64,000 nucleotides of DNA from Amoebophrya sp. A120 (lineage: Eukaryota > Protista > Dinoflagellata), in contig CAJINV010000011.1 in NCBI GenBank assembly GCA_905178155.1, positions 1,887,939 through 1,951,938 on the forward strand, given 5' to 3'. The notes beneath the pieces are model-generated. The model made no database searches and was not told the DNA's origin. It saw only the letters and a list, made by a program, of their open reading frames with translations. Within the stretch, counting starts at the first letter, position 1. Every line of letters begins with the position of its first letter. A program made the position numbers and the translations under genes. Positions 1-12,084 of the stretch are shown here, in pieces.

Positions 1-400
1 GGCGGGAAGCATAGGGAAAGCGGGAAGCATAGGGAAAGCGGGAAGCACGGGGAAAGCGGGAAGCACGGGGAAAACGGGAAGCATAGGGAAAGCGGGAAGC
101 ATAGGAAAAGCTGGAAGCATAGGGAAAGCGGGGAGCACGGGGAAAGCGGGAAGCACAAGAAAAACGGGAAGCACGAGAAAGGCGGGAGGCACGGGGAAGG
201 CGGAAAGAACGGGGAAAACGGGAAACACGGGGAAGGCGGGGAGCATACGGAAAGCGAGAAGCGCGGGGAAAGCGGGAAGCACGGGGAAAACGGGAAGCAC
301 GAGAAAGGCGGGAGGCACGGGGAAGGCGGGGAGAACGGGGAAATCGGAAAACACGGGGAAAGCGGGAAGCACGGGGAACCGGGAAGCACGGGGATAACGG
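1..400. repeat. 18-bp minisatellite (unit ~GCGGGAAGCAYRGGGAAA), about 22 degenerate copies, runs off the window start
   Basis: Direct 18-nt periodicity (gcgggaagcatagggaaa at 2-19 and 20-37), decaying toward 400. Confidence 0.9.
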
Positions 401-481
401 GATGGAAACACGAGCGGGGGGCGCAAAGAAGGCGGGGGGCACGCACGGGTAACGCCGCCGGCGGCCAAGCCCCAGGCGAGC

Positions 482-588
482 AGCTGCCCACCACCCTCCC
501 CCGGCGCCCTCCCTCTGTTCACGAAGGGAAAGCCGCGCCCCGGCACCAGGTAGCTGCCCACCACCCTCCCCCGGCGCCCTCCCTCTGC
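482..588. repeat. 36-bp direct repeat, two copies
   Basis: agctgcccaccaccctcccccggcgccctccctctg at ~482 and ~552. Confidence 0.85.
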
Positions 589-2368
589 CCACCTCACGAC
601 GGGACCGGCAGAGGGCGCCACCGTCCGCCGTCTCTGTCTTGGGCGGTGCGCGCGAGGGAGGCAGGCGGGGGCGGGGCAGATTACTGCATGCGAGCTGACG
701 CGGGGGGCGCCGCTGTTGTCCGGGGGTGCTGGGGGAGGGTCAACGGGATCGGGCCCCAATGGGCCCGGAAATAAAAAAATCACGAATCCCAAAAGAAAAA
801 CGAAAAAAAAAATTTTTGCACTGCCACTCTATTGTGCCAAACCACTCCGCCGGGGCTCGTTCGATAGGAAATCTGTAGGCCCTAAAATAACGCCGGGGCT
901 TTGTTAACAGGCTGCGGACCTGTGGGCTCCGGGGCTTTCGAAGAACTGCGCCACATGAAATCGAGCGCGCAACTTTTGTTCGGGCAAACACAACCTCACC
1001 GAAAAAACAGAAAAACACCGAATAAATTTGCGCCAAAAAGTTGCTTTCTTTGCGACATGAGTGCGACACGGGTGCGACACCGGTGCGACACGGGTGCGAC
1101 ATTTTTCGGCTTCTTCCTGAAATCCCTAAGAAAAAAAAAACCACGGCCGAAAGCCGATTTTTTTTAATTATTTCAGATTTTTTGTCGCAACAAAGGCGAT
1201 TTTTTGTCGCAGAATTAATTGGCCACTCGCCCACCCAAAACTTTCCCACCCAGAATCCCTCTCCCATCCCGAAGCACACACCGGCAACATGGGCTCCCTC
1301 TGCCGGCCCCACTCCAATCCCTTGCGCCCAAGCCTGCTTTTCCCGCCCAACCCACAAACCCAAGACACACAACCAGAAAAAGAAAACGCACCAGCGAGCG
1401 GCTGCAAGAACTGCAAAAACCCTGCGAAAACTTAAAAGCGCGAAAATTTTCCGGCTTTTGTGATTTTTTTGCTTTTCTGACTACTGGGGGCCGATCCCGT
1501 TGAGGAGGGTGGTAGGTGGGCCCCTGCGCCTGGGGGGCAATGAATGCCCCGCCCCGGCGCCCGTGCTGCCTCCAGCCACGCGCGCGGCAGGGGCCCCCGC
1601 TCTGCAAGGCTGCGCGCGGGGGAAGGGCGCGGGGGGCACCAAGGCGCGCAGGGGCAACCGGGGCACAAGAAAGGCAGGCGGCACGAACGGGCCACGCCGC
1701 AAACGCGCGGGCATGGCGTCACGCGCCAAAGCCTCGCATGGCGCGGACTGTTCCCCTGCTTCCTTCCCCCGTCCACTGGCGCCCGCCCACTGCCGCGCTT
1801 TGCGTTGTTGCTTGGGCCTAAGACTTGCCGCCAAGCAAATGCGCGCCCCATGCGGGTGGGGTCCTCGCGCTCGCGCAGAGACTGGAACCACGGGCGCCAT
1901 AGCGCTCCGCCTTCTTTCTGTCTGTAAGAAGCGGCGCAGATGCCTGGCCCCCCCCTGCATCAAAATTTTTTTCCCTTGCCCACCCTCTGGCACTTTTCTT
2001 TCCCCCCTGTCCACTCGTTCACCCTCCCACTACGCGACATAAGCTGCGGCCTTGTAATTTCGTTGATCATCTACTTCACCACAACTGAACCAAACAACCG
2101 GTAGATAACGAAGTTGGCCAGTAACCGACAAGAGCAACCCACTAGAGGTGTCCCCGCCTTCTGGAATGAGTCACATTTGTTTCCGCTTCGTATTGTGATT
2201 CTGGCCTAGTGACCTCTGAATTCTCAAAAACAAGTACGGTGGTCTGAATTCCCAAGAACATGGTCTGAATTCTCAAAATAAAGTAGATGGACGACATGAC
2301 ATCAAGGTTCTTGGGCTGCAGCTCGTGCAACAATGACATGCAGCTGGCATTCCATGATCCCTCCGCGA

Positions 2369-4287
2369 CTAGACGCCTGACAGGGTCTGGATCAAGTATT
2401 GCGCCACCGTGAATGAAAAGATCAGTTTTGGTCCGACCGCGCCGCATTTTGGAACCACTCCCTTGAAAAATCCGGAAGGTCCCTCCTCTTTCAGCAGTTC
2501 CTTTGCAATCGTGACACCGTTCTTGTCGGCCGAGAATTTGCCGCTCTGAATCCGGGTTTTAATCACGTCGCACGGGCAGGCCACGACAATGGACGCCAAA
2601 GACCCACAGGTGCTCGTAATTGCGGTCTGCAAAAAGGTTGGTTTGTTCTTGTTGATGGCCTTCGCAGAAGATGAACCGGAAGAGGTGGGTGTGGACTGCG
2701 GCTGTAAAAAAACGCGGTCGCGCACGGCCGCGTTAACCCCGAAAAGGGCGAAGGAACCTGACAAGGATTATAGGAGTTCAAAGATTGGAACCGGTATAAT
2801 TGCGGTTGGGATTACCGAATTGAAGTAGAAGATCCCAGAGAAAATAATAAATGACGTTTTCACATTCGGAACAAGCACTTCTTCTTCATGAAAACTGCAT
2901 CCTGCCTACCTGGAACGTTCCTCATCACCGTCCACTGCCATCCTGCATATAAATTTCGCAGGCCCTCTTGTCGAAACACCGCCACAAAATTTCGCCCGCG
3001 ATACGTGGGGTTTGTCTGTGCCTTAATCTTCAACACGTCGAACGGTAGCAGGAGCACCTCTCCAGCACCCATAAAAGCACCGGCAACGCCGTCGCACAGC
3101 AGGCCGCGGCGAACCGGATTCGTTTTTTGGTCGGACCCGAAAAACCTGCAATTCTAAACTTACTGTTCATATAATGAAATTCAAAGTTACAGAGCAGCCT
3201 GAACTACAACAGCTCGGGCTAGGATGATCACTAAAAATCACATAAATTCGTAATTGTTCTGCAATCGTGCTGCCTGAGCTTGGTTTTAATACTTTCTACC
3301 TCTCATACGGGCGCCGCACCAAATCCTTCACGAAGGGTTGGCCGCCGAACTTGTAGCTGCGTTGGGAGATCTTGTACACCGCCCCGTACCCCAAACCCGG
3401 AAATAGGGACTTGACCCGCTGTTGCATACGGGCGAAATCGACGAAATTCGGCGCCGTACCTAAACCTCCTCCACCCCCGCCCACCGTCGCCGCGGCCGGT
3501 TCGTGAAACAGAACTATGGATCTGTCAGGTTTGAAATCGACAAAGTTGAAATAATTAAATATGCCATGCATAAAATGGATGCCAGTTGAAGCCCGGTTTC
3601 TAAGTGGCGCATGACAAATTTGCGTAGAACCTAAATCCAGTTTGTCATGCTGTTTGGGTAAGGGCGACGCCTTTTGTCATGCTACTTTAGTAGCTCTATT
3701 TCTACCTCTCAACAGGCTTACAATATGCCTCCCTTGCGTCCTCTGCAACAGAGGCAGATTTTGCGTTGTATTTTATGCATTACAAACTATTTCAACTTTG
3801 ACGATTTCGATCCTGACACATGCATATGAACCTCGCCGTAATTATTCACAGACAGCCGGACCGGACTGGCCATCAACCGTTTCGCTACCGTGTCGATATG
3901 CACTGCAAAAATGTGTGGGTCTGGAAGGACGCGAACTTGTCATGCTAAGTCTGGACAGTACAAAAATTTGCGTTGCAAGATCACCAAAAACTGTCCACTT
4001 GTGAACAGGTTTAGAGGCAGTTTGTCATGCAGGCCAGACATGAGAGAGACTTCGCAGAACCTGTCATGCTAGGTCCTGCATTCCAGACCTCACGGGGCAT
4101 GGAAAATATGCATGACAAGCTTGCAATCTCCCAGACCCAGACATTTTTGCGCTTGATAGTCGACAGGGTGAAACAGCGCAAGCTCCAGTGCCCCCGCACA
4201 CCCGGCGCCCAGAAAGCGGGCAGAGGTGGTGGACGCTGGCGTGGAAGATCCACTGCTGCTAGTAGTACTGGCGGTGACTACAGTCAT
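2369..4287 (-). CDS. GGC1: Mitochondrial GTP/GDP carrier (SLC25, Ggc1/Yhm1-like), 5 exons
   Basis: Spliced product ARFLGAGCAGALELALFHPVDTVAKRLM...SLFPGLGYGAVYKISQRSYKFGGQPF...GAGEVLLLPFDVLKIK...RNVPGSFALFG...FFKGVVPK...GPKLIFSF closely follows yeast Ggc1p. Introns: introners 3897-4158 and 3515-3826; GT-AG introns 3146-3299 and 2758-2909. Confidence 0.9.
3515..3826. mobile_element. Introner family B (non-canonical intron in GGC1)
   Basis: TIR TATGSATSTGTCAGG..GAAATCG.CAAAGTTGAAATA; DR AGAAC/TGAAC; removal gives YGEV-LFHEP. Confidence 0.9.
3897..4158. mobile_element. Introner family A, subtype A1b, reverse orientation (intron in GGC1)
   Basis: TIR TAT..GCAAAAATGT.TGGGTCTGG; perfect DR GTCGA; removal restores the HPVD-TVAKRLM carrier motif. 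Confidence 0.93.
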
Positions 4288-4899
4288 CTTGGGTCAGGTT
4301 GCTTTCTGTGTAATGATCTTAGAGAAGTGATTGTTGTTCTAGAGCGCACGACACAATGACAGTTGTGTTGATTTCTTTACCGTCATACAACTTTTGTGAA
4401 TCTTATTTTCCTCATGCGAATCGACATAGAAGTGCGCATCACTGGAAACACGAAAAAAGATGATCACAAAAACCGAAGGTCGGATCGCGATCTGATCTGT
4501 AGTACTGCCATGCATCGTCAACGTCATCCAAAAGCAACCAATAAAACAAGCGACAAACGACTACTGTATTGGAATCGAGATCACGGATGAAGAAAAGCTG
4601 CATGTGAAAGAACAAAAAGTAAAGTTGAAGGATCGTTGGTAAGCGGAACCAGAACACTTTTGCGGTCAGTTCGCCGAAGTTCGTTGGCTTCCTGGCTACA
4701 ACTACAGAGATGGGGGCCTGCTACAATGCTAGTTTTTGTTTTTTATTTTTCGGCATTACTTTGATAAATTTGTAAAAAATTCTTCCGAGCACGATATCAG
4801 TCGCCCGCGGACGGTAAGCGCCTCCGGGTGCTGCAGCTCCTCAGGCGGTGCTCTGCCCCATGGCGACGACACCAGCCGAAAATTATCTAGTACGTCGAA

Positions 4900-6472
4900 C
4901 TAGTTGGTCGGCTTGAGCTCCGCCTTATACCTTTTCACCGCGTCCACAAGCCACTTGAGCCCAGGCTCGATACCGACATTATGCAGCGCGTCCGAGGGGC
5001 TGATATGCGGTTGAGGTTGTCGGGTATCGTATGTACTATCAGCAGTGGTTGTATTTCGAAAATTTACAGCTGCGAGACGAAACCACTCGCATCTTTGGTG
5101 TCTGACATCTAGATACACAGGATCACGTGATGATCGGGTGAGAAGGGACGAATCCAGTTCGAGAACGACAACAACTAGCAACAAATCAAACTTACAAGAT
5201 GTTCCAGGGTCGGTCCCGTATGGTCTCCAGTGTGAGCGCCTTCATGCACTCCAGTGGCTGCGCGGCTCCTGGGACGTCCATCTTGTTTGCAAAGACCAGT
5301 ATTGGCACCGGTCGCTCTCTATCAAATGCAAATATGTCTGAGTCTGGAAGAATGCAAGATTTTTTGTCATGCATATTTGTCATGACCCATGATGCCTGTA
5401 ATGCAGGACCTAGCATCGCAGACTTTTAGAGGGCTTCCTGATGCACCTTCCGCATGAGAAATGCCCTGCCCGTGTAGCACAAACGGCGCCCCTTTTTCTG
5501 GTCATGCAATACAAAATTTTTTAGAGTCCAAAAACAGCATGACAAGTTGCAATCTTCCAGACCCAGACACTTTTGCAGTTGATACTCTCGAAGTCGGTGG
5601 TTGTCTAGCAGCGTGTCAAGTTCGTCCTATGCTGTGCAAAAGTAATATCGCACTCGTACTTAATTGCTTTTATGCATTACAAATCTTTTTCTTAAGGCAA
5701 ATCCGCATTACAAATTTGGTTTGTAATGCTGAGAGAATTTGTATTGCAATTTATACTAGTACGATACTTTTGCAGTTCATACGTCCTTCGCTACGGCAAA
5801 CCGCAACTTGTCTGTCGCATCGATCACAAACACGATGCCCTGAAGAAGTTGTATTTTTTCACTTTAGATTAGAGTAGATCTACATTTAGCGCCAGTCTTT
5901 ATTTTCCACATTTTTACCCCACGTGTACTACACGGAGTCATGTTTTTATGCGTCCTTACTTGCAATGTGTAGATACGCCAACATCTACTACATCGATGCT
6001 ATGCAACACATACTATCAAAATCGAACTACCTCGCACTCGTCCACCTGACTTTCCCAGAGGTTTCGATACTTCCCCTGCCCCGACATGTCCACTGCCGCG
6101 ATTTGTACGCCGCCCTTCGTAAAAACTTCCTCGCTGTATCCCACGGTTGGCGCGGTGCTCAGGGAAACCTAGGTCGTGCGGGTACTTATTTGGGAAGATC
6201 ATGGAAGGTCACTCAACTACAACTATGCACGAAGCCGAGGAACAGGAACAGATGAAAGAGCTGCTGTCTCCGAGAATCAATGAAAGAACTGCTGTTTATG
6301 GATGAAGACAGAAACGATTGCAATTCATACACTAAAATTAAAACACACCCACCTTCTTTGGTTTCATCATGTTCAGAATCGTCGTCTTTCCGCTGTTGTC
6401 CAAGCCGACCATGAGTATCTTCACCTTCGTGCCCTCGAAGAACCTCCCAAACAGCCGCGAGAAAAACCCCAT
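4900..6472 (-). CDS. ARL6: ADP-ribosylation factor-like GTPase 6 (BBS3), 6 exons
   Basis: MGFFSRL..GLDNSGKTTI..PTVG..DMSGQGKYRNLWE..IVFVIDATDKLRFAVAKDELDTLL..PILVFANKMD..RPWNIFPSDAL. GT-AG introns 6169-6352, 5840-6030 and 5000-5195; introners 5628-5781 and 5320-5584. Confidence 0.9.
5320..5584. mobile_element. Introner family A, subtype A1a (intron in ARL6)
   Basis: TIR TATCAA.TGCAAA..TGTCTG.GTCTGGAAGA; perfect DR CTCTC; removal gives RLRE-RPVPILVFANK. Confidence 0.93.
5628..5781. mobile_element. Introner family I (intron in ARL6)
   Basis: Ends TATGCTGTGCAAAAGTA.. and ..AGTACGATACTTTTGCAGTTCATA; perfect DR CGTCC; removal gives VAKD-ELDTLL. Confidence 0.93.
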
Positions 6473-7115
6473 CTTGATGCGCAGTGTGGAGACACGGTTC
6501 AGCTGCTGGTCTGGCGCGGCCCAACAGCGAAGCAACGAGTCGTGAGACCAGTGAGTTCTTCTTGGGTCGTGAAGCAAGATCGTCACACGGTCCCGTCAGG
6601 CAGTAGCATCTTTTTGGCGGGTTTCCGCCTGGGCCGGCGGGAGATGTAGTTGTGCACCAACTACCTACAGCGAGGTGACGCCTTGCGTCTGAGATGTTCA
6701 GTGTGCAAGAAACATCGTGTCACTACGCGTGTTTCCGTTTTTCCTGCGGCCCTTCCCCCATCGCGATGCTCTTTGCAAAAAAAAAAAGAAACGTTTTCCA
6801 CTCCTCACTCTACTTGAGCGTGACAATAGCGATTCTCACAAACAATCAAACAGCAACCAAAAGTGAACAACATTCAGACGCGATCAGTACTGCTACACGC
6901 ATTGATTCTAAAATTTGGCTTTTCATCCACAGCAGCAGTGAGATATTTGGAAAAGAGGAAACATTGCTTGTCATGCACAGCAACACTGCTTGTCTTCGGA
7001 AAAGATAATTTTGTTCTGATATCAATCAACGGTACAGTACTAGAACTAGTGTTCAAATGCAGATATCAATCAGCTCCAGCAGAGCACGAGATTAGCGTTC
7101 TGAGTCTGACCAAAA

Positions 7116-8382
7116 TCAGCGGCCCAGCCCCGCCAGCATGCCCTGCAGAGAGCGGACCACCTTCTTTCCGCCAATCGCGTTCGTGAGTGAGCGCACCGCG
7201 TCGTTGGCTTTGCCCTCGATCGTGTCCTGCTGCCACCCCGTGGAGCGCGACAGCGCCGCGGCCGATTCCTGGTACTCGGGATTGGTCATTTCGTCCTCAC
7301 CATCCTCCTCTCTCATGTACTGCCGAAACGCGTTGTCCGGATCTTCCTCTGTGGAAAAGTTTATCTCGAATAAGCATCGAACGTCATCTATCATAGAGTG
7401 CCGCGTTCTTGTGCGGCTTAGTAAGCGAGTCAATCTGAAATTTATGCATCTTCACGTGCTGCATGTATAAGTTCAATCATCTTGTTGAAAATGAGAAAAT
7501 CCACATAATCGGAAGTGTACGTGGGGCCGCTAATCGTGCGCGCGCCTGCTCCTCGGCCAGGGCTCGTGACCGCTGCGCAGCTTCCGCTGCCTCCTCCGCC
7601 CGCCGGGCGTTCGCCTGGGCCTCGGCCTCCGCGCGCGCCTGCGCTTCCGCGCGCTTGTTTTCCGCTTCCAGTCGTTCTTCTTCTGCCGCCGCCCGGGCTG
7701 CTTCCTGCTGGTGCAAGTGCACTACCGCCTGATTTGCAGCTGCGGCCTGCGCCAGTTCGCGCGACCGCGCGTAGGCTTCACCGACCGAAGTTGGTGGTTG
7801 TGCGGTGGGAAGGAAGGGTGCAGCCACCTCTGGTCGCCGCGATTCTTGATTTCCGGTAGGGGTAGATGAAGCACCGGTGTTGCTAATGCCACTTTCCTCA
7901 GTGGCGTAGCTACTTTCCACCTCTGCAGCTCTCGCTGACGCCTTGTTGGAAGTTGCAGGTGGCACCGTTCCTTGTCCTGTTTCCTGCGCTGGTTCGGGAG
8001 AGAGCTGCGCGTCTGCTTGTTCACCCCGACCAGGAGCTCCTGTAATTGGGGCTGCTCTGCGAATGCGCTTGCGGATCAGGCGCAGGTCGGCGAAGACGGA
8101 CCGCCGCTTCTCGTCGAGCTCCTCAAGTTGGTCATCCAGGGCGGAAAGCCGGTCCTCGTCGAGCTCTTCCCGTTTCCGCAGGTCGTTCGGGGGATCAGCT
8201 TTCTGGGTGGTGAGTTCTTGGATTTGCCCTTGTACGAGAGAAGTTCGGCCTCCTTCACGACCGCGGCCACCGGTCGAGAGGATGCGTGCAGCAAGAAGCC
8301 TACTGTCCAGCAGAAGGCCCGACAACGCGAACAACAGAGAACAAGAACGACCCGGAGTACGAGCTGTCACATGTTGTGCCAT
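7116..8382 (-). CDS. Hypothetical protein with N-terminal hydrophobic segment and Ala/Glu coiled coil; at least 2 exons
   Basis: ORF 7477-8382 has a hydrophobic leader and an A/E/R-rich helix; ORF 7116-7433 is a likely next exon. Junction not resolved. Confidence 0.45.
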
Positions 8383-10748
8383 TCTACCGAAGTAATATGT
8401 CTTCCGCTATTCTTAAGGCGAACACGAGGACACCCAATACATTATGTGAGTGGACTTTGACGACCCTGCACCGACCGAGAAGTACCACGCACCACCGGAT
8501 TGTTGTAGCAGCAGAATGGCAAGCTAGTTGTACTTACGGACTTTCTAGAAACAGAACTTGTGAAAAATCTATCTTCCAATGTATGAAGTCACACGCAAGA
8601 ACAAAAAGATAGTTTATATATAGATCATGGATAAGTACGCTTGTGTAGAGGAACCGGCCCCAAATGGGCCGTGCGCTGCACTCCCACTCCTTCCTACGCA
8701 CTACTTAATAATAGCGCCACACTAATCAGCGCTCGGAAAAAGACAAATCGCGACTCCGGCGCACACCCACACACACCGACGGATACCTCTAAGCACCTTG
8801 ATCGCCAACCCTCCATCGGTACCGCTCTCTCTAAGTATCTATCACTCATGATGATGCCTGGGCAATTTACATAGGGGCGCGCAACAGGTTTTGCCTCGAG
8901 AAAAACTAAGCGTGCCTGCGGCTGCGGCAACCTGTCGCTGTCTGCTCGCATGAGAGAATGAACATGAATCCCAGGAACAGGGGCTAACACTACGCCTACT
9001 ATTATCCATGGAGACCGGGAAAAGCAGATACAAAAAACATGCCAAGGGCCCTCCACAGACGGCTGACAGCGCCGTGCCCCACACAGAGCCGCGCCACGCA
9101 CGCAACCCAATGGATGCGACAGGCGAAGCGGCGAGGCCCCCAGGATATATCAATCCGGGCGCCGAACACTGGCCCGGCCCCCACTGGGCCACAGACGGAG
9201 CGGGCCTGCCTGCGCAAAACGCAAGGGCGGTGGGCCGCAAAAACGAGCACACTCACCAGCATAGCGCTCGCAATTGGCGAGCAGGCCACGGAGGGGCCCT
9301 CCGGCAGTGCGGGTAGCCCCCCGGCCCCAATCCACGCGCCCAGGCCCTGGGCGCGCGCGGGCAAGACTGTAACCGCGCGCGCGACGCGCCCCCGGCCAGC
9401 CGCCGGGCACGCAAAATTAAGACGCTCACGAAGCCAAACAGAGGCGCCGCAACAACGCCGAAACGCGGCAAGACATCACACCGAGCGCAAGACGTTTCGG
9501 CGACGCTAGAACTGTAACACAGTCGAAGGCCGCTGTCTGCCGCCGGTGTTACTTCCTTGGCGATTCTCCCCCCGGTTGTCTCGCGTAACCACGGGCCCGC
9601 CCAAAGCTTACCGACTAACCAACACCGACGATCGAAGGCGATACGCTGGCAACCTGACTCCGTCAAGTGCGACGCTCACCGGCAAGGCGACTAGGGGCCA
9701 CCGCGGGCCATGAGCTGCCTTTTCACCTCTTTACCCAGGCGCACGGCGCGCGCCTCGGTCGGATGATGGGCTCGCCTGCGTCTTTTCGCAATTCTTCCGC
9801 GCTGAACGCTCACACCCGCTGGCCGCGCGCCGCGTCTGCCAGGGCGCTGACACGTGTAACCGCGGCCACGGGACTGGGAAAGAGAACACAAGCCGCGCCG
9901 CCGTCAAAGCCTTTCCAGTGGGTGTGCGCGCTCCTCGGCGCCCCTTCGTCCTGTAGTTGCTGACGCCCTGTAAGCTCGTGGCACACTTTCGCAAGCGGAC
10001 TCGTCTTCCTCTCTACGGACGACATTCCAAATCCGGCCGGTAGCGCTCGCCGCATGGTCCATCTTGTTGCCAGGAGCGCAAATGTAGGAAAAAACCTGCA
10101 AGAACGCGAAGAGGACCGCACCATATGCTGTGTAGTAAACATAATTTCCGAACCATTTTCGCCACACAAGTATTTACGACTTGTAGGCGGGGCGCTCATG
10201 TCGTCAACATATGACAAGAACGAAGATCTGATGCACAGCACACTCTTCTCCTCATGTATGAACGGATAATGCCAGAACTCTTCGTCTACTTGCCGTCTAT
10301 AGTCATCGCCAGAAAAAGAATCACCCCCAGTTGCTCTACCTCTAGTATCACTTCACTCGACTCCAGAAATCCTTCGTAGAAGAAAATCGTTGAACAGAAT
10401 CCAGGCACTCTTTGCGAAAAAGAAACGAAGCGGATGAGTAGACAGCATTTGCACTACTTCTGCAACGGGCACAGCCAAAGGAGGTTATTCAACATCGCAG
10501 ATGGATCGAAACGACTACCCATCCAGGAGAAAAGACGTTCTCGACTCGAGCCCGTCTGCAATACAGAGATCTAATGCGGGTGGTCGTTGGCGTTGCGAAC
10601 AAGGGTCGCGACATCCTGTACACTGCAGATGGAGATACAACTTCTTTCGATTCTCGCAGGCGTTAGTTTGTCCTCGTGTTAAAGCTCTAAAGTTAATCAT
10701 CACGCGAACTCGTAAAGTACGCTTTTTTCATAATGGATCCGACGCGCA

Positions 10749-11237
10749 CTACGGATGTGTGGGATTTCGGAAGGGTATGTTGACACACTGCGAGTGCGAC
10801 GACCCCGACCGCGAGGATTGTTTCATGGGTGGGGCTTGTTCATGGTTCTCCCGCTCCCCCACTGACGGATTTTTGACCGGCGGCGCCTCGATTTGTAGTT
10901 GATCCGTCATTCTTTCCTGTGCAACCACTTGTAACCCGGTGTCCACCTCTGCTTCGCCCTGCAGGTTCAACTGTACCTGGACCACACCCAAAACTTCTTC
11001 TGACATGTCTTCCTGGAAGCTTGTGGCTGGTTCAGATTCCGTAATTGCTTTCACATTGACTGGTTGGATGGGCACGGGCGCAACCGAAAGATCACGACGA
11101 TACAATTCTTTCTTTAGGCGGTGGTCGTGCGAAGGTGTTTTTCCACCGCAGTTCCGCATATATTCGCGCAGAGTGCCATCGCAGATGCAGCAACAACACA
11201 AACACGAAACTTCTTTCGCGAAAGGTACCCGAGACAT
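10749..11237 (-). CDS. Probable exon of an unknown multi-exon gene
   Basis: 162-aa ORF with plausible composition on the same strand as neighbouring genes; no family recognised. Confidence 0.3.
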   Translation of the reverse strand: MSRVPFAKEVSCLCCCCICDGTLREYMRNCGGKTPSHDHRLKKELYRRDLSVAPVPIQPVNVKAITESEPATSFQEDMSEEVLGVVQVQLNLQGEAEVDTGLQVVAQERMTDQLQIEAPPVKNPSVGERENHEQAPPMKQSSRSGSSHSQCVNIPFRNPTHP

Positions 11238-12084
11238 TGTGGTGGCGCTTCCGCTTGTTCTTTTATGATAAAAGAAAGACTCAAATCAATGAAAACCTCG
11301 AGCTCAACATTCGAAACATAAGTTGCGCTGTCTCTGCGAAGAGCAAGAGGGATAGAAATAGATTCAGCTACCCGCCCGCTACATACCTCCACCACCAAAA
11401 AAAACTCAGCCGCAAAGGGAAATCAGCAGAACGAAATGGCAAGCGATTACGATAAAGGAATTTCCTCGCGTTACTGACATACCATTTTCACAGTTACAGT
11501 GGTAAGTGCGCCGGTCGCGCACATAGACACGACAACCCACGACAGGCCAGGGCGCGAGCGCCTCATGTAGTTTTTCATCACCTCGTTTGGAAACGATGCC
11601 CTCTGCTCAACGAGTAACGTGTAGTCTGTAGTGATTTCGATGGACCAAAGACACTAAGGTCGACGACACGACGATTGGCAGTATTCCTTGCACAACTGCG
11701 AGGTGAAAGCGACAAATGTCAATGATGGTTCACGAGAGTACTTCAACTTGCATCGAAAACTACGAAGCGTAGACGACTACGACAATACGACGTACTATGT
11801 ATAATAAGATTTAAAGAACAAAAACGCTTTCACACTGACCGCCAGCAAGCGTCGTACGTAAAGCCGATACTTACGATTGGTATCCTTGTAGTTTATGGAA
11901 GTATTTTTCCGTGCGCCGGTTCTCTTCCTCTTCTGCTTTGAACTGGCAGCATAAGTGTCAACTCTTACTACGTGGCGCTACTATGAATTGCGTTTTAAAA
12001 ACTTTGTCGCGGTCGCTATCAGGAGTGTGTCAGCCTCTGACTAAAGAAAAGTGTGTTTGGAGCAGGAGCGTGCACCCACTCCGA

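Noticed and set aside
1-400. Possible telomere
   Set aside because: The unit is an 18-bp degenerate minisatellite, not a short TTTAGGG-type repeat.
5320-5781. A1a+I as one composite transposon carrying its spacer
   Set aside because: Each element has its own DR, and the spacers are unrelated, in-frame host coding sequence.
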